A stretch of 64,000 bases of DNA from Deltaproteobacteria bacterium (GTDB lineage: Bacteria; Desulfobacterota; Desulfovibrionia; Desulfovibrionales; Desulfovibrionaceae). This document shows, piece by piece, positions 19,900 to 27,235 of this stretch. The stretch covers positions 2,967-66,966 of the forward strand of contig JAITWK010000025.1 of the NCBI GenBank assembly GCA_031285295.1, written 5' to 3'. The notes under the pieces are model-generated. The model did not search any database, was not told where the DNA came from, and worked only from the letters and a program-made list of their open reading frames with translations. Within the stretch, counting starts at the first letter, position 1. Each line of letters begins with the position of its first letter. Both the position numbers and the translations under genes were made by a program.

Positions 19900-20460
19900 T
19901 TACTTCTTCGCCAAGGGGGTCAGCATCATGTGCAGGGTGCGGCCTTCAGCCCGGGCTTCCTGCTCCACTTTGGCGATGTCCCTGGTATCCTCAATGACCC
20001 GGTCGAGCATCAACTGGCCGCGATCTTTGTGTACAATTTCGCGGCCACGAAAGAAAATCGTGACCTTGCAGCGGTCGCCTTCTTCCAGAAAGCGGCGAAT
20101 GTGGTTGACCTTGGTCAGGTAGTCATGTTCGTCGGTTTTTGGCCGGAACTTGATTTCCTTGATCTGTACCACAGTCTGGCGCTTTTTGGCCTCCTGCTTC
20201 TTTTTTTGCTCTTCATAGCGGAACTTGCCGTAGTCCATGATGCGGCAAACCGGCGGCTCGGCGGCAGCGGCCACCTCCACCAGGTCCAGTCCGGCTTCCT
20301 GGGCGATCTGCAAGGCTTCGTTGCGCGGCAGTATTCCCAACTGCTCGCCATCCGCGCCGATCACTCTGAGTTCGCGGGCGCGAATCATGTCGTTGCGGCG
20401 CACGGTATCCTGCGCTTCGCGACGCGGTCTTCCGCCCGCCGGGGTATTAGGAGAAGCTAT
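19900..20460 (-). CDS. infC: translation initiation factor IF-3, probable non-canonical ATA start
   Basis: IRARELRVIGADGEQLGI...PPVCRIMDYGKFRYE identifies IF-3. The conservative ORF-track start is GTG 20403. The frame stays open upstream to ATA 20460-20458, which has GGAGG 8 nt upstream and overlaps the thrS 3' end. IF-3 genes classically use AUU/AUA starts. Confidence 0.9.
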   Translation of the reverse strand: MASPNTPAGGRPRREAQDTVRRNDMIRARELRVIGADGEQLGILPRNEALQIAQEAGLDLVEVAAAAEPPVCRIMDYGKFRYEEQKKKQEAKKRQTVVQIKEIKFRPKTDEHDYLTKVNHIRRFLEEGDRCKVTIFFRGREIVHKDRGQLMLDRVIEDTRDIAKVEQEARAEGRTLHMMLTPLAKK

Positions 20461-22387
20461 AGCTCATGCCTCCACGTTTAAAGGGTTCTTCGGCTGCTTC
20501 CCTGACCAGAGCGGCGAATTCGTCCAGGCTCTTGAGGCCGATGGTATCACCGTTGTTCAGGCGCACGTTCACTCCGCCGGCTTCAACTTCCTTGTCGCCG
20601 ACGACCAAAATATACGGAATTTTTTCCATCTGGGCCTGACGTACCTTGTAACCCAGTTTTTCGTTACGCAAATCAGATTCAACCCGGATGCCGGCGCGCT
20701 CAAGCTTGGCTGCGGCTTCACGGACAAAATCTTCCTGACCTTCGGTCACGTTCAGCAACTTGGCCTGCACCGGGGCCAGCCAGATCGGAAATTTACCGGC
20801 GGTATGCTCGGTAAGTACGCCGATAAAGCGTTCGATGGAGCCCAGAATGGTGCGGTGCAGCATTACCGGGCGGTGTTTTTCGCCGTCGTTGCCGATATAG
20901 TTGAGGTCGAAGCGTTCGGGCAGGTTGAAGTCAACCTGGATAGTGGAGCACTGCCACATGCGGCCCAGGCTGTCCTTGACCTTGCCGTCGATTTTCGGGC
21001 CGTAGAAAGCGCCATCGCCCTCGTTGATACGATAGGGCATGTTGATGCGTTCCAGAGCCTTGATCAGCGCCGTGGTGGCCATATCCCATATTTCATCGTT
21101 GCCCAGGGATTTTTCCGGGCGGGTGCTGACATCAAAGGAATATTCGAAACCGAACAGGCCGAAAACATCCTGCACATAGCGCACGATGCCGATGATTTCA
21201 TCTTCAAGCTGTTCCGGCGTGCAGATGATGTGCGCGTCATCCTGCGTAAACTGGCGCACGCGCAAAAGCCCGTGCAGCGCGCCGCTCATTTCGTGCCGGT
21301 GTACCAGGCCGAGTTCGGCCATGCGCACCGGAAGCTCGCGGTAGCTGTGCTGGGTGCTGTTGTACATGAGCATGTGGCCCACGCAGTTCATAGGCTTAAC
21401 AGCATGCACGTCACCTTCGATTTCCGTGAAGTACATGTTTTCGCGGTAGTTATCGTAGTGACCGGACTTGACCCAGGCTTCCTTGCGCAGAATCTGCGGC
21501 CCCTGCACAAATTGATAGCCGCGCTTGAGGTGTTCCTTTTTGTGGAAGTCTTCCAGAATCATGCGCAGCATCATGCCTTTGGGCAGCCAGAAAACCATGC
21601 CGGGGGCGAATTCTTCGTGGAATTCAAACAGGCCGAGTTCAGGGCCGAGCCTGCGGTGGTCGCGCTTTTTGGCTTCTTCCAGCATGTGCAGATAGGCCTT
21701 GAGGTCGTCCTGGCTGGCAAAGGCCGTGCCGTAAATGCGCGAGAGCATGGGGCGCTTTTCATCGCCGCGACAGTAGGCTCCGGCCACGGAAAGCAGTTTG
21801 AAGGCCTTGATCTGTCCGCTACTGGGAATGTGCGGACCACGGCAAAGATCGGCGAAATCGCCGGTATCGTAAATCGAGATGCCAGCATTTTCAGGCAGGT
21901 TTTCAATCAGCTCAACCTTGTAGGTTTCGCCGAGATCGGAAAAATACCTGACAGCCTCGTTGCGCGATATTTCTCTGCGGCAGTAGGGCTGGTTCGCATC
22001 GATAATTTTTTGCATTTCCGCCTCGATGGCCGGAAAATCTTCCGGTGTGAAGGGGCGGCTGTAATCAAAATCGTAGTAGAAGCCACTTTCAATGGAAGGA
22101 CCGATGGTGACCTTTACGCCGGGGAAAAGTTTTTGCACGGCAGCGGCCAGAACGTGAGCGGCGCTGTGCCGCAGAAGTTCCAGACCGGCCGGAGTATCGG
22201 CGGTAATGGGCGCAAGTTCAGTGCAGTCGAGGGGAAGGCTGCTGGAAAGATCCAGCGTGGTTCCGTTGCATTCGGCGGCCAGAGCGCTTTTGTAGCGTTT
22301 GCCGGAAAGGGATGATTTAAGTGCCTCGCCGCAGGTTGTACCCTGGGCGAATTCCCTTTTTTCACCTTCGATGTTGATGCTTTGCAC
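20447..22387 (-). CDS. thrS: threonine--tRNA ligase
   Basis: 646 aa with TGS, editing and class II catalytic motifs (RVRQFTQDDAHIIC, HRTILGSIERFIGVL). GTG start at 22387 preceded by AAGGAG. Confidence 0.97.
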   Translation of the reverse strand: MQSINIEGEKREFAQGTTCGEALKSSLSGKRYKSALAAECNGTTLDLSSSLPLDCTELAPITADTPAGLELLRHSAAHVLAAAVQKLFPGVKVTIGPSIESGFYYDFDYSRPFTPEDFPAIEAEMQKIIDANQPYCRREISRNEAVRYFSDLGETYKVELIENLPENAGISIYDTGDFADLCRGPHIPSSGQIKAFKLLSVAGAYCRGDEKRPMLSRIYGTAFASQDDLKAYLHMLEEAKKRDHRRLGPELGLFEFHEEFAPGMVFWLPKGMMLRMILEDFHKKEHLKRGYQFVQGPQILRKEAWVKSGHYDNYRENMYFTEIEGDVHAVKPMNCVGHMLMYNSTQHSYRELPVRMAELGLVHRHEMSGALHGLLRVRQFTQDDAHIICTPEQLEDEIIGIVRYVQDVFGLFGFEYSFDVSTRPEKSLGNDEIWDMATTALIKALERINMPYRINEGDGAFYGPKIDGKVKDSLGRMWQCSTIQVDFNLPERFDLNYIGNDGEKHRPVMLHRTILGSIERFIGVLTEHTAGKFPIWLAPVQAKLLNVTEGQEDFVREAAAKLERAGIRVESDLRNEKLGYKVRQAQMEKIPYILVVGDKEVEAGGVNVRLNNGDTIGLKSLDEFAALVREAAEEPFKRGGMSYSFS

Positions 22388-22448
22388 TGTTCTTCTCCTT
22401 TATTAGCAGGCACTACTTGCTTTTTGGAAGCGCCAACGGGCACTTTTC

Positions 22449-22484
22449 TAAAATAAAGAGGGAGGCGTTAACCTCCCTCTTTTG
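22449..22484 (-). terminator. bidirectional-looking hairpin terminator downstream of tRNA-Val(GAC)
   Basis: AGAGGGAGG (22457-22465) pairs with CCTCCCTCT (22472-22480), with a 6-nt loop. T-rich runs lie on both sides. Confidence 0.7.
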
Positions 22485-22493
22485 CATTTTATG

Positions 22494-22568
22494 TGGTAGG
22501 CACGAGCAGCTTTGAACTGCTGGCCCCTTCCGTGTCAAGGAAGTGCTCTACCCCTGAGCTACGCGCCT
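22494..22568 (-). tRNA. tRNA-Val (anticodon GAC)
   Basis: Manual cloverleaf of the reverse complement: AGGCGCG TA GCTC AGGGGTA GAGC A CTTCC TTGACAC GGAAG GGGCC AGCAG TTCAAAG CTGCT CGTGCCT A CCA (75 nt, CCA encoded). Confidence 0.93.
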
Positions 22569-22720
22569 ACATAAGCCTTCACAAGTGAGGCAAGACGGAT
22601 TAATTACACCAAGCATTCCTCATGGTCAAGCGTTGGTTTGAATTTAAATGAAAAATTTTGTAAACAGTTGACGGCGCAGGCCGCTTGCTTTATTTGTTCT
22701 TCTTCAATTTCGAAAATTTC

Positions 22721-22796
22721 GGGCGGTTAGCTCAGTTGGTAGAGCATCGGCTTTACACGCCGAGGGTCGGGGGTTCGAGCCCCTCACCGCCCACCA
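22721..22796 (+). tRNA. tRNA-Val (anticodon TAC)
   Basis: Manual cloverleaf: GGGCGGT TA GCTC AGTTGGTA GAGC A TCGGC TTTACAC GCCGA GGGTC GGGGG TTCGAGC CCCTC ACCGCCC A CCA (76 nt). Confidence 0.95.
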
Positions 22797-22804
22797 ATTA
22801 AAAT

Positions 22805-22844
22805 AAGGACTTACAGAAGATGACTCTGTAAGTCCTTTTTCTTT
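22805..22844 (+). terminator. rho-independent terminator after tRNA-Val(TAC)
   Basis: AAGGACTTACAG-AAGATGACT-CTGTAAGTCCTT followed by TTTCTTT. Confidence 0.85.
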
Positions 22845-22849
22845 CCCAG

Positions 22850-22881
22850 CACCATTCCCAGCACGGAGAATGGTGTTTTTT
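22850..22881 (+). terminator. second, orphan terminator-like hairpin
   Basis: CACCATTC (22850-22857) pairs with GAATGGTG (22868-22875), followed by T6. No gene obviously ends here. Confidence 0.45.
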
Positions 22882-23184
22882 GTGACCTTTCATAGCGGTG
22901 AGGGCGGCAAGTTCCTCATAACAACGGCTAGAGAGGGCAAGCCCCATGTGGAGCGCGTTACGGAAATCAGGCCACCGGAAAACTGTTCCAGCCAGGAACT
23001 TTTCAACGAACCGGCGCGACGCAGTTTGAAGGAATAGTGGCATGACTTTTGCTAATTGTATAACAACATCAAGCATTGAATCCGCTGACAGATTCCTTGA
23101 ATTGAGACTCCACCGGGCTATGAATTTAGCGTTGTTACTATAACCACAACTCGCGCATAAGCGCGTTTCACCATAAAGAGTACC

Positions 23185-24648
23185 ATGCGGCGCACTTATT
23201 TTCTCCTTCCTGGGCTCGGTATGGGTCTGCTATATTGTTCCCTGAACATCGGATTAATCCTTCTCAATGTACGACGTGCGTCAGGAATGCCTGGAACCGG
23301 CAAGGGCGACCCTTCCGCCCTGGTGCATTTTGCCATGGTCGCCCTGGTGGCGCTTGGGCTGTCATTCATTCTTAGAAATGGAATGGGGCGGCTTCGCCCG
23401 CTGACCGTGCTTTTGGGGGTGGCGGCACTTTTTTGCGCGTTCCTGCCTGCAATGCCAACGGAATTGCTCACCGAGCTGGTCAACGGCCGCCCCCCGATAT
23501 TGGCTTTGTTCATGTCCCTGTTCATGCCCGTGGGCTTTTTTCTGTTTTTCCGGGCCGTGCCAAGCGGCAACGAAGCGTTTGCCTTTTCGATGATCCATGT
23601 AGGCAATGAACTTTTGTGGTCGCTGTTCTTTCCCCTGTTCAGCACCATTGCTTCGCAGGTGTCCCTCACGTTTGTCGTGTATGTATACTCTCTGAACTGC
23701 TGGGTGGTTGGACTTGCCGGACTTTGCCTTGCCATAGCCTTTGGCTATGCGGTGCGGGAAACTGCCGCCACATCTGTTCGTACTACGCAGCCCGTATCGA
23801 GCGAGCCTCTCCTGCGGGAAAAATGCACTGTGTTGCTTCTGGCATTCGCGGCAGGCATAGGCGTTTTTGGAATGATGGGCTTCCAAATGGGCTCATTCAT
23901 GCCCAAGGCAGCCATGAACCCGGAACTATTGAGTATTCCCTATTTTATTTTTCTGTTCCTGCTCCCTGTCGCCGGGCATTTTCTGGACACAAGGCCAGAA
24001 AAACTCATGCTGATCTGCATTCCCGGCCTTGCTGGACTATTTTGCCTGAGCCTCGCCTGGCAAAACGGCCTGATTGCCCCGATGAGCATGTATTATCCGT
24101 TCAGTATCGCGCAGCAGATTAGTTTGCTTATCTTCTACACCACAACTGCCAGAATGCTGAAAGGAAAAGCCATTTTCCCCTTCATAATTTCCTTGGGATT
24201 TTGCCTGCATATCGCGCATTTTGGCGGTATGTTCCTGCGCGGACTGGTTCAGGATCTGCCGCATGGAGTGACGGCGGCGTCTTTGCTTCTGCTCGTAGGG
24301 ACTGCGCTGTGCCTGTGGCGTTTCCGCACACAGTGTGCAAAGGAGCCGAATTTGTGGCCCGTGGCACAGCGAAGCACCAATATGGCCGCATTCATTGCGA
24401 AACCAGGAGCAGAATCATCCGCACAGTCGGATTATACAGCCTTTGCTGTGCGTTATAGCCTGAGTGAACGGGAAATCACGGTTATCACCATGCTGGCTCA
24501 GGGTCGCTCCTCTGAAGCTATAGCTGAAGATTTGAAGGTGGCGGACTCCACTATCCGCACCTATATTTCCCGCATTCTGCGGAAAACAGGAACAAAAAAC
24601 CGGGCTGCGCTCATGGAACGCGTCATCATAGAGAAGCAGACGGGCTAA
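23185..24648 (+). CDS. membrane-embedded LuxR/GerE-family transcriptional regulator (about 12 TM segments plus a C-terminal HTH)
   Basis: 487 aa. By eye there are about 12 hydrophobic helices in residues 1-390. The C-terminus LSEREITVITMLAQGRSSEAIAEDLKVADSTIRTYISRILRKTGTKNRAALM is a LuxR-type HTH. Confidence 0.85.
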   Translation: MRRTYFLLPGLGMGLLYCSLNIGLILLNVRRASGMPGTGKGDPSALVHFAMVALVALGLSFILRNGMGRLRPLTVLLGVAALFCAFLPAMPTELLTELVNGRPPILALFMSLFMPVGFFLFFRAVPSGNEAFAFSMIHVGNELLWSLFFPLFSTIASQVSLTFVVYVYSLNCWVVGLAGLCLAIAFGYAVRETAATSVRTTQPVSSEPLLREKCTVLLLAFAAGIGVFGMMGFQMGSFMPKAAMNPELLSIPYFIFLFLLPVAGHFLDTRPEKLMLICIPGLAGLFCLSLAWQNGLIAPMSMYYPFSIAQQISLLIFYTTTARMLKGKAIFPFIISLGFCLHIAHFGGMFLRGLVQDLPHGVTAASLLLLVGTALCLWRFRTQCAKEPNLWPVAQRSTNMAAFIAKPGAESSAQSDYTAFAVRYSLSEREITVITMLAQGRSSEAIAEDLKVADSTIRTYISRILRKTGTKNRAALMERVIIEKQTG

Positions 24649-24706
24649 CAGCTTTCTCCATACAAATTCTCATATATCCAATTATTTCAATAAAAAAACA
24701 GACTGC

Positions 24707-24834
24707 GTCTACAAAAAGTCTACAGACGATTTTGTCTTGTGATTACTGGGCATGCGCCACTTTTGTGGGCAGTTTCTCAAAAAATATTGCCATATATTCC
24801 AACGCTATCTGCACATGTCTACAAGTCGTCTACA
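24707..24834 (+). promoter_or_regulatory. two pairs of phased GTCTACA direct repeats (candidate operator) upstream of the EBP gene
   Basis: GTCTACA occurs at 24707, 24718, 24817 and 24828. Repeats within a pair are 11 bp apart and the pairs are 110 bp apart. The region is an AT-rich intergenic spacer. Confidence 0.6.
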
Positions 24835-24961
24835 AAGACTCCTCTTGATATTTTTCGCAAACTATCCTCTATACTAAGTAGTTTTTTTGTGCGCCGCGCG
24901 TAGCCCTCTTCATACGCAGCGGGGTTATTGGAACTAACATCTTACCATTACATGCTTCATT

Positions 24962-26290
24962 ATGAATAATGCCTTACCACAATACTCGCCGCAGGTTCTT
25001 TCATCTCTTGCAGAAACCTGCGCCGCTCTCGCCAAGGGAGACTACGGGCGGGCCAAGGAACTGTTTGCTCTGACCGCCGGGCAACAGAATTCCCCGGTTA
25101 TCGCGGAGCTGGCCGAAGCGTTCGGTTTTATGCTGGTCAAAGTGGAAGCCAGGGAGTTTCATCTGGAAAAACTCGCGGAAGATCTTGAAGTTGCATATAA
25201 GGAGCAAAGTCAGTTGCAAAAGACATTGGCCAAGGAAAATAAGCAACTCCGCGAAAATTTACGGAAAGACACGGCCCAGCAACGCATTGTGGGCACAAGC
25301 CCGGTTATGAGGGAGATCATGTCCCAAGCCGAGCGCATCGCCCAGGTGGACGCTACGGTTCTTATTACCGGGGAAACAGGCACCGGCAAAGGTATGCTTG
25401 CCAGAACCCTGCATGACGACGGCGCACGGGCGGCTGGCCCTTTTGTGGCCATCAACTGCGCGGCGATTCCCTCAACCTTGCTTGAAAGTGAACTGTTCGG
25501 CATAGAAAAAGGCGTGGCTTCCGGCGTAACAGCCCGCATGGGGCGTTTCGAGCAGGCCGACGGCGGAAGCATCTTTCTGGATGAAATCGGCGATATGCCG
25601 CTCGAAAGTCAGGCAAAAATCCTGCATGTCATTGAAAACCGCTGTGTGGAACGGATAGGAGGCCGCAAGAGCATACCTGTCAATGTGCGTATCATCGCGG
25701 CGACCCATAGAGACCTTGCCGCCATGTGCGAGGAAAAACTATTCCGTTCGGATCTGTACTATCGCCTGAACGTCATACGCCTGCATGTGCCGGCGTTACG
25801 GGAGCGTCCTGAAGATATACCCGGCCTTGTCCGCTATTTTCTTGAGCGTTGCGGGCGGCGTAACCCCGGCGCGGTATCGGGCATTACCAAAGAGGCTATG
25901 CGGCGCATGATGGCGCATACCTGGCCCGGCAATATCCGGGAACTGGAAAATGAGACGGAACGCGCTGCACTTCTGGCTCAGGGCAGTTCCATCACGCCCC
26001 AGGATCTGTCTTCCATTCTCTCATCCCTGGCACCGCAACCCATGCAGGCCGATGCTCCGGAGTTGCTGCACCCTTCCCGAAAACCCGTGAAAAAAAAGGG
26101 CACTCCCGGAAATGCATCTGCCTCCCTGGTCGCACAGGCCGCGCCTGTTCGCGCACTTGTTGATATGGAAGCGGAAATCGTGCGCCGGGCTTTGGCTCAG
26201 ACAGGCGGCAATAAAAGCCAAACCGCCCGTCTGCTTGGCATCAGCCGGGAAGGGTTACGCAAGATGCTCAAACGCCTTAATATTTCTTAA
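24962..26290 (+). CDS. sigma-54-dependent (NtrC-class AAA+) transcriptional activator without a recognisable sensor domain and with a degenerate GAFTGA loop
   Basis: Walker A GETGTGKG, Walker B GGSIFLDEIGDM, and RSDLYYRLNVIRLHVPALRERPEDI. The C-terminal Fis-type HTH is GGNKSQTARLLGISREGLRKMLKRL. The L1 loop reads ESELFGIEKGVASGVTARMGRFE. Confidence 0.9.
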   Translation: MNNALPQYSPQVLSSLAETCAALAKGDYGRAKELFALTAGQQNSPVIAELAEAFGFMLVKVEAREFHLEKLAEDLEVAYKEQSQLQKTLAKENKQLRENLRKDTAQQRIVGTSPVMREIMSQAERIAQVDATVLITGETGTGKGMLARTLHDDGARAAGPFVAINCAAIPSTLLESELFGIEKGVASGVTARMGRFEQADGGSIFLDEIGDMPLESQAKILHVIENRCVERIGGRKSIPVNVRIIAATHRDLAAMCEEKLFRSDLYYRLNVIRLHVPALRERPEDIPGLVRYFLERCGRRNPGAVSGITKEAMRRMMAHTWPGNIRELENETERAALLAQGSSITPQDLSSILSSLAPQPMQADAPELLHPSRKPVKKKGTPGNASASLVAQAAPVRALVDMEAEIVRRALAQTGGNKSQTARLLGISREGLRKMLKRLNIS

Positions 26291-26317
26291 ACTTTCGTAT
26301 TGCCTCGTTCACCCATT

Positions 26318-26779
26318 TTATACCGCATGTAACGGATCAAATCTCTCCGTTTGCACAGACGGTTCCGGGGTAATGTCGTCCATCGCCGCCTCGATAGCCC
26401 CCACAATGTACGCCATCAAATCACAGAGGAACACGGGATACACACCTTCTTCCGCGCCTGTAGCACCTGTCACGACAGGAAAATCCAGCCGGTAGCTGTA
26501 ATAGAGAATCCCATCTTCGGAATTTACACCAAAAACACCACCTGCCGTTCCTTCCCATAGATGGTTGCGTAGCATCAGAGCTTCAAGAGCGCCTTGTCCT
26601 GGTGCGCCCAGGGCGGCCTGGATGAACAGGGCACTATATTCGGCCTCGTAAAAAAAAGAGAAGCGTATGCCTTCAATTTCGGCCATCGCGCGACCGTTCT
26701 TATCCAAAATGCAAGCAGAATTTCCCGTGTATTCGCCAAGATACGCAACCTGTGCGGCGGCTTCATCGAAATAGTTCAT
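26318..26779 (-). CDS. T3SS class I (CesT/SycE-like) chaperone, second of a tandem pair
   Basis: 153 aa, small and acidic. MNYFDEAAAQVAYLGEY...FIQAALGAPG...LMLRNHLWEGTAGGVFGVNSEDGILYYSYRL follows the class I chaperone pattern. AAGAGGATGTT precedes ATG 26779. The 5' part of ORF 26318..27091 overlaps the neighbouring chaperone gene in another frame. Confidence 0.65.
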   Translation of the reverse strand: MNYFDEAAAQVAYLGEYTGNSACILDKNGRAMAEIEGIRFSFFYEAEYSALFIQAALGAPGQGALEALMLRNHLWEGTAGGVFGVNSEDGILYYSYRLDFPVVTGATGAEEGVYPVFLCDLMAYIVGAIEAAMDDITPEPSVQTERFDPLHAV

Positions 26780-26789
26780 AACATCCTCT

Positions 26790-27224
26790 TTAAACCCATA
26801 CTGCGGCGGCGGAAATGGTTTCTTTCGGGGCAAGGCGGCTCTGCCAGTACTGCGCCAGTCCGGCCTGCTGCGCGATCTTTTCAATGAATCCCTGTGCGAC
26901 TTCCCGATCCGGCGAAAATCGACGGGAAAGGCAAAGCAGACCGCTTTCCGCATCCAGTCCCAGAATGCCGCCGCCTGTCCCTGCCCAGGCATAGTTTCCC
27001 TGCATAAAATCGCACAGGATTTCCTCGCGTTTCGCATCCGCCGGCAGTGCGCCGATACAGGCGCAGGAGACCAGTTCCTCAGTTTCTTCACTGAAGTTGA
27101 AGGTGAACAGGGAACCCAGAATTTCGGCGGACACAGCGCCCTCCATGCCGAGATGGAGGGCAGGAGTCGCCATATGGTCGGATAAGGCCTTCAACAGTGT
27201 ATTGGTATGTTCTCTGGCAGTCAC
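26790..27224 (-). CDS. T3SS class I (CesT/SycE-like) chaperone
   Basis: 144 aa. LLKALSDHMATPALHL...LVSCACIGALPADAKREEILCDFMQGNYAWAGTGGGILGLDAESGLLCLSRRF follows the typical chaperone pattern (IG.LP, N..W....G..LGLD...G.L.L). Confidence 0.7.
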   Translation of the reverse strand: MTAREHTNTLLKALSDHMATPALHLGMEGAVSAEILGSLFTFNFSEETEELVSCACIGALPADAKREEILCDFMQGNYAWAGTGGGILGLDAESGLLCLSRRFSPDREVAQGFIEKIAQQAGLAQYWQSRLAPKETISAAAVWV

Positions 27225-27235
27225 AGTTGTCTCCT

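Noticed and set aside
22798-23076. 92-aa minus-strand ORF immediately next to tRNA-Val, examined as a possible integrase remnant marking island insertion.
   Set aside because: No tyrosine-recombinase motifs (R..H..R..Y context) in any frame that I read, and no SD. It overlaps the tRNA terminator hairpins. I treat it as non-coding. The absence of an integrase is noted under the island finding.
26780-27091. 5' extension of ORF 26318..27091 (257 aa), which would overlap the 26790..27224 chaperone gene.
   Set aside because: The extension is Arg/Pro/Trp-rich nonsense in a different frame of a well-formed chaperone gene. The internal ATG at 26779 has a good SD and yields a 153-aa CesT-like protein.
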